In this document: one piece after another, positions 36,040-47,579 of the stretch
Layout: each line of letters opens with the position of its first letter
Numbering within the stretch: the first letter of the stretch is position 1
Origin: Scyliorhinus canicula
Lineage: Eukaryota
Assembly (NCBI RefSeq): GCF_902713615.1
Contig: NC_052154.1
Coordinates: forward strand, 80,517,072-80,581,071
Reading direction: 5' to 3'
DNA length: 64,000 nucleotides
Made by a program: the position numbers and the translations under genes
Notes under the pieces: generated by a model
The model's database searches: none
Told to the model about the DNA's origin: nothing
The model's input: only the letters and a program-made list of their open reading frames with translations

Positions 36040-38260
36040 AACATGATTATGATGCCCCCGGAAGGTAGAGAGGTGGAGGTAGAGGTCGCAATGGACGCAG
36101 AGAAGGCATTTGATCGAGTAGAATGGGAATATCTGTGGTAGGTACTGGGACGGTTCGGATTTGGGCGGGGCTTTATTGACTGGGCCAGGTTGCTGTATCA
36201 GGCTCCTGTGGCAAGTGTACGAATGAATAGGACAACATCGGACTACTTTAGGCTGCATCGGGGGACGAGGCAGGGTTGCCCCCTCTCCCCACTGTTGTTC
36301 GTGCTAGCTATAGAGCCACTGGCAATTGTTCTGAGAGCTTCAAGGGGCTGGAGAGGGCTGAACCGGTGGGGGGAGGGGGGGGGGGGGGGGTGGAGCACAG
36401 AGTTTATGCAGACAATCTGCTCCTGCTTTATGCAGATGACCTACTCCTGTATGTATTGGACCCAATAGAGGGGGTGGAAGAATTCATGAAGATTCCAGGG
36501 GAATTTGGCCGGTGTTTGGGGTATAAGCTAAATATGGAGAAAAGTGAGATGTTTGCGGTCCAGGCAAGGGGACAGGAGAGGCGATTGGGGGAGCTGCTGT
36601 TTAGACTAGTGGGGGAAGCTTTAGGTATCTAGGCATCCAAGTGGCCCGGGAGTGGGACTGGCTGCATAAATTAAATCTGGCCCGACTAGTAGATCAAATG
36701 AAGGACGATTTTCGGAGATGTGACATGCTTCTGTTGTCACTAGGTGGGAAGGTGCAGACGGTGAAGATGACGGTCCTCCTGTGATTCCTGTTTGTATTAC
36801 AGTCTCTCCCCATCTTTATCCCGAGATCCTTTTTTAAATGGGTCAACAAAGTGATCACTGGCTTTATTTGGGCGGGAAAGACCCCGCGAGTAAGGAAGGT
36901 AATGCTTAAGCGGAGTCGGGGAGAGGGCGGGCTGGTATTGCCAAATTTTAGTAACTATTACTGGGCGGTAAATATAGCCATGATTAGGAAGTGGGTGGGG
37001 GAAGGGTTGGCATTGGAGCGTATAGAGTTGGCTTAATGCAAGGGCACCAGTTTGGGGTCATTGGTAACTGCGCCTCTGTCATTCCCGTCGGCATGGTACT
37101 CCACCAGACCCATGGTGGTGGCAGCCCTGAGAGTCTGGGGGCAATGGAGGAGACATGTGGGAGCAGATGGAGCATCGGTTTGGTCTCCAATCTGTAATAA
37201 TCGCCAGTTTGCCCCGGGAAGGCTGGAGTGAGTTTCCAGAGATGGCGGAGAGCAGGGATTGAGAGGATGGGGGATATGTTTATAAAGGGGACCTTTCATC
37301 GTTTGAGGGCATTGGAGGAGAAGTTTGGATTGGCGAGGGGAAACAAATTCAGGTACCTGCAGGTGCGGGACTTCCTACGTAGACAGGTTTCAACCTTCCC
37401 GCTCCTACCACTAAGGGGGATTCAGGACAGGGTAGTTTCCAGAGGGTGGGTGGGAGAAGGGAGCATCTCTGACATTTACAAGGAACTTATGGAGTCAGAG
37501 GAGACGCAGAATGAGGAGCTGAAGCGCAAGTGGGAGGAGGAGCTGGGAGGAGAGATAGATGATGGTCTATGGTAGAGCCAACGTGTCCACAACATTTGCC
37601 AGGCTCAGCCTGATACAATTCAAGGTTGTTCATCGGGCACACGTGATAGTGTCCCGGATAAGCAGATTCTTTGGGGTGGAATACCGGTGTGCAAAGCGTG
37701 CGGGAGGGCCAGTGAACCATATCCACATGTTCTGGGCATGTCCAAAGCTTAGGGGATTTTGGCAGGGGTTTGCAGATGTCATGTCCACGGTGTTAAAAAC
37801 AAGGGTGGCACCGAGTCTGGAGGTGGCGATTTTCGGGGTGTCGGAAGATCCGGGAATCCAGGAGGAGAAAAAGGCAGACGTTCTGGCCTTTGCTTCCCTG
37901 GTAGCCCAGTGATGGGTACTATTAGCTTGAAAGCCCCCGAAGTCGGAGACCTGGCTATTGGACATGGCTAGCTTTCTCTGACTGGAGAAAATTAAGTTCG
38001 CCCTGAGAGGGTCAATGTTAGGGTTCTCCCGGAGGTGGCAACCGTTCATCGACTTCTTTGTGGAAAATTAATCGTCAGCAGAAGTGGGGGGGGGGGGGGG
38101 GGGGGGGGGGTTAGTTTAGCTTACAGTAGGGGGTTAATAAAGGTGGGACCTGTAAGGGAGGGAGATGGCTTTTGTACTATGTTTATACATTCATGTACAT
38201 TGTTTATTTTGTTGTTGTAAAACCAAAAATACCTCAATAAAATGTTTATTAAAAATAAAA
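36040..38260 (+). mobile_element. Tx1/L1-clade LINE, 5'-truncated, decayed RT through 3' end
   Basis: DAEKAFDRVEW, GTRQGCPLSPLLF, YADDLLLY and HMFWACP motifs; A-rich tail at about 38236-38260. Confidence 0.9.
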
Positions 38261-39712
38261 GAAATTATCACTTTGTTTTAGATAGGTTGCCCGACAATCC
38301 TTTATTAAATAGATTCTATGATGGTACAAACAGAAATCTGAGATTCTAATAGAAAGCTGGCAGGAAGCGACAAGGGTTAGATTTTTCACATGCTGCCCTA
38401 ATGGTTCATATAACAAATTTGCAAAGTCCGTTTTCCCCCTGGGCAGCAAATTGAAAATCTATCCTCCATGATGAAGGTAATATTCTACATCACAGATCGT
38501 AATTCAAACACAACTGGGCTTCAATTTTCTGGTATCTCCAATTGCATAATTGGAAGTTATTTTTTTTAAAAACTGGCCAACATTTGTACACAGTAAACTG
38601 TTTTTACTGTTTTCCTATGGGGAGAAAATGAGGAAGATATTGACCTTTTACTACATTGCAACCCGGCTAACAACATCCCAACCTCTTACTTTTCCTAACT
38701 GTGGAATGTAATACATTAATAATAATCTTTATTGTCACAAGTAGGCTTACATTAACGCTGCAATGAAGTTACTGTGAACAAGCCCCTAGTCGCCACATTC
38801 CGGCGCTAGTTCGGGTACACAGAGGGAGAAACAAGATGGATAACACGCCGATCTACAGCATACCGGACTGACTACACTGAGGAGGGATATGGAGCAGACT
38901 GACAACTCACCATCATCGTTTGACAGGCTCGACGCCTTATGCTTTAAAAAAATCAATTCAAGTACGATGGACGTTCTGTTTTCATGTTTTCATCAATAAA
39001 CCTGTACTTCTGCCGCGGTTTTAATCAGAAGTTCGGCTACAGATTTCTGCACCAAGAAACGACCGTATATCGATAAATACACAATTATAATAGTTGTGAT
39101 CTAGTCAGTGGACGGTGGCATTATAACTAGTATCTCCGGCTATCTGATACTTCAGAAAATATAGGGTTTGACCTTGCCTTTGTCCGACAGTGTAAGACGG
39201 CAGCTCGTTTTATATTTCTCCTAAACTATTATTGCCATTGACTTTTCAGCCCAATCGCACTGAAATACTTGGGAGAGCTGTAAAAGGTGCTTGTATGTTC
39301 TCTGTCCCGCTATTTCACAAAGTCAAAATCTATCCGCATCGCACATCAAGGTTTGAGTTCATATCCTCTGGAAAAACCCGGTTTCACAATTTTATGGGTG
39401 AAAGTTTTGCTCACAGTTGGTCAGGTTCTGGACAGTTGTTTCCGCGTGACCTGCTAAAGAAGCACAACATTCAATACTGGCCATGGATTGAAGTATCGAT
39501 TACTTTGATTAATTATTACAAACTTCCAAACCCCACCAATTTTACCCGTCCTCTTTCAAATGCCCTGGATAAGCTTCCCTTTCATATCCGCAATATACCT
39601 TCTGATATCTCACCCGGCTGAGCAACTTTGAAGGATACTTCTAAACGGGGAGGAGCATACATTTATCCTGGGCTACAATACAACGCTGGCGATTGGGAAT
39701 TGTTTTTGAATT

Positions 39713-39925
39713 TGTAATGAACTGCAATTGGCTTTATTGGTTGGCCAATTGGAGTATGAGCTCCCTCAATGATAGGGCCCATATAAGCACCTGTGTAGGC
39801 TTTGTGAGCCAGTCTTAAGTTGACTGGACTGCTAGCAGCACTGTTTGTAGCTGCTCCTGTAATATCGTTATTGTAAATAAATATTGGTGTGGTGAGGGAA
39901 CTCCTGCCTCCCCTGGATTACTACA
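39713..39925. mobile_element. Solo LTR (213 bp)
   Basis: TGTAAT...TTACTACA termini and a 5-bp TSD GAATT at 39708-39712 and 39926-39930. Internal CCAAT, TATAA and AATAAA motifs. Confidence 0.85.
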
Positions 39926-41964
39926 GAATTCCACCTGAATTACTTTTCCATTTGCTTTCAATGAACAATAGCAAATCGGTAAGAGCTTAAAACGGATTTG
40001 TTTTTGGAATGAAAGCTGATACCCTACAGAACTCATTTCTATCTCTGAGTGTGAGCCGGATTTTGCTCTCGGGCGGAGGGAACATCACCACCTTACACTA
40101 CCCTGAACTCCACACATTTCTGAACGAATCACTAACATCAGGAGTTTGACCAGGCTGATTTTAACCCCCCCCCCCCCCCCCCCCCCCCAAGACAAGAACA
40201 ACATAATGGAATCCTGTTGCCCACGTGCAGAAAACATAGTGCCAGTATTGGAGTCGGAGATTTCCCCACTATATTATTAACATAGTGACCCAAGTCGGGA
40301 ATCGAACCTGGGATCCTGGTGCCGTGAAGCAATAGTGCTAACCACTACTACAGACCACTACTACAGACCGCCTTTGACAACGTGGCTACTATTTTTTTTA
40401 AAAACAAGAGACAGATTGAGAAATGCCTTTGTTTCAACTTTGGAGTTTCTCAGGTTATTCACAGCCTGCAATAATAGCAGGTTGATCAGCGAACTTTACC
40501 TACAAACATCTGGGAGATTGATTATATGGACCTTTGAGGCCATTTTTAGTTACTCCGTCCTAAACGTGGAATCTGGTTCTGAAAAACTTATTGAGTTCCT
40601 CAATTTGCAGGACCCCCCCCCCCCCCCCCCCCCGGAAAAACAAAACAGCAGAAGACAATAGGATACTCCGGTTCCACTCGAGTGAATGGAAGATTTGACT
40701 GAGAGCCAAATTTTCCATCCTCGCTAGCAGTGGTAGCGATGCAGACCCGCAACCGAGAATGGCGACATTATGAGTAGGGAAGTGTTTGCTCTCACTCCAG
40801 CCAAATCCTAAACACTATTTAACAAAAAAACGCACTTACAATAATCTTAACAGGCATTAGGGTGAAAGTAATCGTTCTCCTTTCCAACAGAGTGTTAGCC
40901 CTGGCTCATTGTATGGCACTCTTACCTCTGATTCAGGGGGTTGTCATAGAGTCAGAGCGGTTTACAGCATGAAAACATTCCCTTCGGCCCAACTTGTTCA
41001 TATTGCCCAGTTTTTAAAACTAAGCCATTGCTAAATTGCCCGCACTTGGCCCATGCCCCTTGATATCCAGCTTTCCCCAAAAATTGTCTAAATGCTTTTC
41101 AAAAGACTAAATTTTACCCGCATCTACAACTACCTCTGGCAACCCATTCCAGACACTCACCACCCTGTGTCTGAAAAAATTGCCCCTCTGGACCCTTTTG
41201 TATCTCTCCCCTCTCACCTTAAACCTATGCCTTTTAGTTCTAGACTCCCCTTGACTCCCACTCCAGGCCTTGAACAACTTTCTCAGGTGGAAGTAAAAGA
41301 AGCCACAGCATGATTTAGAAGAGCATGAGATTAATCTCTGTGGTGTCCTGGCTAATATTATTATAATTATTAATATTTATCCCTCAATGCAAATCAGGGA
41401 AACACATCCTCTGGCCATTATCACCTTGCTTTTGTTGTCAATTGGCACTGGGCAAGTTGGCTGCGTGTTTCCCACATGAAAATAGCGATTAGTCTTCAAA
41501 ACTACTTCATTGGTTGTAAAATGCTTTGAGATTTTAGCTGGTATCTCCTTCCCGATGGAAGAAGTTGGAAGAGTGAGTAAACCAGGTGGGGGCAGTGGGA
41601 GGTGTAGATGGAGTCAATGGATGGGAGGCAGGCTCATGTGATGGACTGGGCTGTGTTCAGGGCTCTCTGATTAACGCAAAATTAATTAGTCATAGAGTTT
41701 TTACAGCACAAAACGAGGCCCTGCAGCCCATCTTCTTTGTGTAAATATGTTTAAAAAATGATTTGAAACAAATGGCTGTTAGCACTGCTGCCTCACAGCG
41801 CCAGGGACTCGGGTTCGATTTCCACCTTGGGTGACAGTGTGGGCTCTTGGGCCTCCGTGGCTCTTCTAGCGAAGTTCCAGGGGGTCAAGGGAAATCAGGA
41901 TGTTTGGAAACGAATGAAGTCTATCAGAATATTGGAAAGTGATTATTAGTGAAATTAGTGTTAG

Positions 41965-42240
41965 TGGCACAGTGGTTAGCACTGCTGCTTCATAGCGCCA
42001 GGGTCCTGGGTTCGACTCCACCCTTGGGTGACTGTGGAGTTTACACTTCCTCCCCGTGTCAGCGTAGGTTTCCTCCCACAGTCCAAAGATGTGCAGGTTA
42101 GGTGGATTGGACATGCTAAATTGTCCCTTAGGGTGAGGTTACAGAGCAGGTGATAGGGCCTAAGTAGGGTAGTCTTTCAAACAGTCGGTGCAGCATCGAT
42201 GGGCCAAATGGCCTCCTTCTGTACTGTGGGGATTCTATCA
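41965..42240 (+). mobile_element. HE1-type V-SINE (part of an inverted duplication)
   Basis: SINE head directly follows TTAGTGTTAG, as does the minus-strand SINE ending at about 44525. Confidence 0.8.
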
Positions 42241-42833
42241 TTCTATTAAATAATTGGCTCTCTAACCAGCGATATATTTTTGCTCCTTTAACTACTGGGA
42301 TAATTTCCCTCTGTTTGTTGTGCGTGGTGAAATCATAAATGCTTTATTATAGAGCACTTAGAATAATAAAATCCCTGCTGTGCAGAAGGAGACTGTAAAT
42401 TCTATGATTCTATGAGACCATTTATCCACAGAGTCCGCACGACGCTCGGAAAGAGTGCCCTACCCAGGCCCCCACCCCACCCTATCGGGATCAAAAATCT
42501 GACTAACTCAGCCTTAAATATACTCAATGACCCAGCCTCTGCTTGTTTCTGGGGCAGAAATTACAAAAACGAAGGCCCCTCAGAGAGAAGAAATTCCCCC
42601 TCATAGTCATCGTGTTTTTACAGCACAAAAAGAAGCCCTTCAGCCCATCGATTTTGTTTTGACAGTAGCCTTGTATGTTTTGATATTTCAAGTGGTTATC
42701 TAAATGCTTCTTAAATGTTAAGTGTTCAAGCCTCCACTACTATTTCAGGCACTGAGTTCCAGATTCTCGTTTACTTACAAGCGATTTGATTTGCAAAGTG
42801 ACGATGCGCCGTGGTGATAATGGTGTGCCTCAC

Positions 42834-42941
42834 CTTTGACTGTACCTCGGTTTAAAATAATTCCCAACGATGACTGCCAGCACCATTATTACCAACAAAC
42901 TCGCTAAATGTCGAGACAGCAACAGGATACGTTAGCAGCAC
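42834..42941 (-). pseudogene. IgSF receptor gene 2, TM exon (frameshifted)
   Basis: Acceptor tgttgcag, donor AG|gtgagg. The hydrophobic frame ILLLSRHLASLLVIMVLAVIVGNYFKPR is 1 nt out of register with the phase-1 acceptor, which reads into TAG. A downstream acceptor (catttag) would restore the frame. Confidence 0.7.
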
Positions 42942-43206
42942 CTGCAACAGAGTATCGGAGATAAAAGGTCAAAGGACGTCAATATCAATGCCAGCAGCAA
43001 GAAAACCCAGCCACAGATGGGACCGGAAAATTGTGTAAATATATTTTTTTAATATTCAAAATAAAATGCCAACAAATGAAACAATTCGCAATCTGAATAA
43101 TGAATCCCCAATGTAATAAACGAACGGATCAAATGTTAACACGTGTCTTCGGCGTGTTAATAGTAAGCGCGCAAACCATTTTGAACGGGATGAATGAACA
43201 GGGTAC

Positions 43207-43506
43207 CTTGAAAGTTGAAATTGACTTTGGCTGGTGTCTGGAGAGAAATATGAGACACTTGACAGCTGTAGGTAGCTCTGCTGCGGAATGGCCTCGTATC
43301 TTTCAAAGTGCTGCAAACTTCATACGTTCCCACTGCGGTTCGCTGCTTCATCGTATTTATCCCAGTTACAACTTCCGCGTCGTCCTTATACCAAGTCACG
43401 TTGAGATCTTCGGGGGAAAACTCAGCTGTTTTACGCAGCAGAGGCGGGAAAGTAGATAGACGACATTTGGATTCAACCAAGCCGATTGTCAGAGGAGTGG
43501 GCCGAA
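43207..43506 (-). pseudogene. IgSF receptor gene 2, C1-set exon (first Cys replaced by Arg)
   Basis: Acceptor catccaag, donor G|gtaccc. 300 nt, phase 1/1, open. (V)RPTPLTI...LLRKTAEFSPEDLNVTWYKDD...YSCQVSHISL is clearly paralogous to 11519-11815, with CGT where gene 1 has Cys. Confidence 0.88.
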
Positions 43507-44179
43507 CTTGGATGGGAAAAGAATCTGGTTTATTGACTGAAATGTAAATTGTTTATTGTTCTATTTGTTCAGAACACGAATTTAGGACCAGGCTGTCTAT
43601 TCATTGGAACGTTTAAAAAATTTTCATGTTCAAATATTATTAAACATGTAGTTAGACATTACATGGCGCCCTTAACGGAGAAAGATATGTAATGCATTTG
43701 GTAGAATCAGAGAGTCACGGAGGGCAGATGGAGACTATTCGGCCCACCGTGTGTATGCTGGTTCCACGAGAGAGCTACGCAGTTAGTCCCATTCCCATTC
43801 TCCATAGCCTGACCAACATTCCATTTTAAATATGAACGCAATCTCCCGTGGGAATTTCTGTTTATTCCCATTACTTCAAGGTAGTGACTTCCGAACGACA
43901 GAACGTGTCGCGCAAGACAATTCCCCCCCGCCCCCCACTCTTTTGCAACTTAGCTGAAATGTGCACCCTCTGGTTCGGGACTAACGTTTGTCTGTTTATC
44001 GAGTCACACCGCTTTATCATGCTGCAGGAATCCATTTAGCTCAGTATTCTGATCTCCTCTCAGGCAGAGCAATCCACGTAGTCACATTGACATACTGAGG
44101 TAGATCCCTTTAAAACCATATAGATTCTCCACTGTTTCTGAAAATACATCCCACGTGGTAACAATTCTACGCTCCCTCC

Positions 44180-44525
44180 AGCCCTGTCAGATCAGTTGGA
44201 ACCATAGAATTTACAATGCAGAAGGAGGCCATTCGGCCCATCGATTCTGCACCGGCCTTTGGGAAGAGCACCCGATTTAAGCCCACATCTCCACCCCATC
44301 CCTGCAACCCAGTAACCCCACCTAATCTTTTTGGCCACTGAGGGGCAATTTAGAATGGCCAATCCACCTAACCTGCGCATCTTTGGACTGGGGGAGGAAA
44401 CCCGAGCACCCGGAGGAAACTCACGCAGACAAGGGGAGGACGTGCAGACTCCACACTGTAACCCGAAACCAGAATTGAAACCGGACCCTGGAGCTGTGAG
44501 GCAGCAGTGCTAACCACTGTGCCAC
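44180..44525 (-). mobile_element. HE1-type V-SINE
   Basis: Reverse-complement head, core and tail. Confidence 0.85.
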
Positions 44526-45375
44526 TAACACTAATATCACAAATTTCCCTAATAATTACTTTCCAATATTTTAATAGATTTCATTCGTTTCCAAACATCC
44601 TGATCTCCCTTGACCTGCCGGAATTTCGTTGGAAGAGCCGCGGAGACCCGAGAGAGACCTGAGACCCGCGAAGCCGAAGTTGCAGGAGTTGTAAGGAAGA
44701 ATTCACTCGTGTAGTGTTGAGATGAACCTTAATGAAGTTCCATGTGGCCGTCCTGTGCGGTGGCATTGTAAATCTACTTAGAAATGGCCTTGTGGTTTTG
44801 AAATCCTAAAGTTGCTCCAAAAGGAGAACAAAATTTCATGCCAGTTTTTACTTCATTGGAGCCACCAACGCTTCTCCGCGGCGGAAAATGGCTACGTTTG
44901 ATGTTCCATGCAAAATTGTAGGAACTTTCTAAGCAAACGTTTGAACACAAACAAACAGAGGAAACATTCCATCCAGATATCAGGCCATATCCAGCACACA
45001 TGGACTTTGTGCGATAATGGAAACCAGACCAGAGCCTCTGTTACACCCCCTCTGGTTTATATTGCCATTTAAGTTGGAATCAACTTCCTGTCAACTATTC
45101 TGCTCATCCTGCGCAAAGCCAGGTCACATGGGAGAATAGGCATTTCTGAGCAAAATGCGTTCGACTTCCTGGGGGGGGGGGCTGATTTTTCCCCCCCTGT
45201 ATTCTGCAAGATTTCACCCCTGGAGTGTCAGTGTCTTGATGCTGACACTGGATATATAAATCGAAGGCACCATTAAAGCAAACTTTTCCACCTCTTTGGT
45301 ATTTTAGCAAATAACCATTGCACACCTCACGCCTGTCCCGTCAGCATCGGGGACTCGCGGACACATGGAAAATCA

Positions 45376-45553
45376 AATGAAATGAAAATCGCTTATTGTC
45401 ACAAGCAGGCTTCAAATGAAGTCACTGTGAAAAGGCCCTAGTCGCCACATGCCGACGCCTCTTCGGGGAGGCTGTTATGGGAATTGAACTGTGCTGCTGG
45501 CCTGCTTGGTCTGCTTTCAAAGTCAGCGATTTAGCCCTGTACTAAACAGCCCT
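45376..45553 (-). mobile_element. tRNA-SINE inserted at the 3' end of the gene 2 V exon
   Basis: Head AGGGCTGTTTAGTACAGGGCTAAATCGC supplies the in-frame TAG at 45544-45542. (TTTCA)n tail. Confidence 0.85.
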
Positions 45554-45861
45554 CTGGAGCCCTGAGTCGGTTCCATTCCCAAACAATCTTCCCCCGCAGT
45601 ACACAGAGCAATAACAGCGGCCAGAATCTTGGAGGCTTACATTCAGAAATTGGAGGACGGCTGCCCCTCTTTTCCAAAGCCTATACTGTCTCTTGTTCGC
45701 TTCTTCGTCGGCCAAGAACTCACTGTCACCATGTCGCCACCAGTGAACCACGACCTCTGAATCCTCTGGAAAGACTGGGAATGTGCAATAGAGAGTAATG
45801 TTCGTTCCGCTGAGTGCAAACTTGAATGGAGGGATTTGGACAATGGTGGAATCCCCAAGAA
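45542..45861 (-). CDS. IgSF receptor gene 2, VJ-type V domain; splice donor lost, ends in a SINE-derived stop
   Basis: Acceptor ttctgatag. (V)LGDSTIVQIPP...GTNITLYC...VHWW...LQFLNVSLQDSGRCYC...FGNGT, then DSGLQRAV*. No GT donor after the J motif. Confidence 0.85.
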
Positions 45862-46037
45862 CTATCAGAAAGCCAATATAAATACAAAAATACAGATCTA
45901 ATTGCTCAAGTAAATAAAGATACAAATGGGATTTTAAAAATTTATAATTTATAAGAACTGCTGATAGAAATCCACTGATCAAATAATATGACTATACAAA
46001 AATTGTTCTTATTTCTAACCAGTAAATATTAAGATAC

Positions 46038-46077
46038 CTGTGTGTGCAATTGCCAGGATCAATACACATGACAGCAT
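46038..46077 (-). CDS. IgSF receptor gene 2, leader exon
   Basis: ATG CTG TCA TGT GTA TTG ATC CTG GCA ATT GCA CAC ACA G|gtatct encodes MLSCVLILAIAHT. Phase 1, in frame with the V exon. Confidence 0.8.
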
Positions 46078-46159
46078 GTCGGACAATGGAAGTCGAACGC
46101 ATTTTGCTCTGAAATGCCTATTCTCCCATGTGAATTGCTGGTTAGTGATAGTCCAGATA

Positions 46160-46395
46160 ATAATAATAATCTTTATTGTCACAAGTAGGCTTACATTAAC
46201 ACTGCAATGAAGTTACTGTGAAAAGCTCCTAGTCGCCACATTCCGGCACCTGTTCGGGTACATAGAGGGAGAATTCAGACTGTCCAAATGACCTAACAGC
46301 ACGTCTTTTGGGACTTGTGGGAGGAAACCGGAGCACCCATTGGAAACCCACGCAGACACGGGGAGAACGTGCAGACTCCGCACAGACAGTATTGG
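46160..46395 (-). mobile_element. tRNA-SINE (HE1 core with second-family tail), 5'-truncated
   Basis: Same layout as 12523-12775, in reverse orientation. Confidence 0.8.
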
Positions 46396-47579
46396 CTACC
46401 AATTGCTGTTCTTGGTCTCATAGTGGTTCTTGGTATCTTGTTCCATTTATCTCACCATTGCTTAATTCTATTTCTAAATGGCAACGGTAGTCTCAGTTCG
46501 TACTTTCAAACTCTGGTTAAGTTGCCATTCTGCTCACAGCTAAGCCTCAGGAGTCAGTCAAACTGAAAATATGAATTTGAAATCAAATACCAAATTGTTG
46601 TCCAGAGGGGAACAGAATGAGTTAGAAAACTGTCCATTTATTGTTGGCAATTGGCTACTTTTAATTGCAGGTTAAAATTCTCCTTTGTCTCGTGAAAGTA
46701 GTTTGTGCCATTTTTATTCAGAAATGTTCCAGGATTGACTCTGAGGGGAGTGGGAAATGTTCTATGAAGATTGGGATATTGGTGAGGTTTGAGGTTGTTT
46801 TACTTTGCTACTTACTAACCCGTGATACCCATGACCTACAAGTGGTCGTGAGTCCTTTTGGAAGGAGTTTCTTTGCTTGATTTTTGTACCTTATTTGAGA
46901 ATGCGTTATGCTGCAGCTGAGTATTCGGGTTGGGGAAATACTCTATTCCCATTAAATGAGGTGCACTTCTCGGATTGGAGATAAGGTGCTTGGTTGGGGG
47001 GGGTGGGGGAGGCAACAATTGTTTCAGAGCTTGGTACTTTTCATTGATATGTTTCACTGTTCTGACAATGCCATAAATTTAAAACAATCATCATGCCAGT
47101 CCACATTCAAACTCCATCTTTGCAACCTCCTCCATTCCTGCAAGCCTCTGTGATCATTGTGCTCCTGTAATTCTAGTTTGATATTCCACTTCAGGGCGGG
47201 TGTAAACCGGCTGAGAGAAGATCAACCACTTGTCCACACCGGCTGGTAAATCAGATGGGATGTAGCGTCGGTAGATGTTGAACTGCCACCTCTTTTGCAC
47301 CTCGCTAAGTTGACTTTCATCACTTTTTCTTTAGCTGTTTTGTATCTCTTTTATGTCGAGTGCATGATGGATCCTCTTAATACTTTTACATTTGTCAGAA
47401 AGTAGGAAGTCATTATCCTGCACAAGGAAGGGCAGAATCATTAAACATTTTTACTCTTTGTCAACATAATAAGAACACTAGATATAGGAATAGGCCTTCG
47501 GGTCCTTGGAATCTGCTTTGCCACTCAACAATATGACGGTTATCTTTCTACATCAGTTCCACTTTCCTGCCCCAATACC

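Larger units (their letters stand above)
45124..46133. repeat. 46-bp inverted repeat pair (45124-45169 and 46088-46133), 45/46 identical
   Basis: TCACATGGGAGAATAGGCATTTCTGAGCAAAATGCGTTCGACTTCC versus GGAAGTCGAACGCATTTTGCTCTGAAATGCCTATTCTCCCATGTGA. Confidence 0.95.

Noticed and set aside
38970-39300. Scattered V-domain-like peptides on the minus strand (QRQGQTLYFL, GRFLVQKSVAELLIK)
   Set aside because: They need several frameshifts and the W-to-RF spacing is too long. Not supportable by eye.
39232-39621. 129-aa plus-strand ORF in unique DNA
   Set aside because: No recognisable motif and no convincing exon structure.
45124-45169. Inverted repeat starts CACATGG, reminiscent of an RSS heptamer or Transib/RAG-transposon TIR
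   Set aside because: It is not CACAGTG, there is no nonamer at 12- or 23-bp spacing, and no 5-bp or 8-bp TSD flanks the pair.
46390-46480. Hydrophobic plus-strand stretch (YWLPIAVLGLIVVLGILF) that looks like a TM exon
   Set aside because: Wrong strand for the Ig genes, begins at a SINE boundary, and has no donor site.
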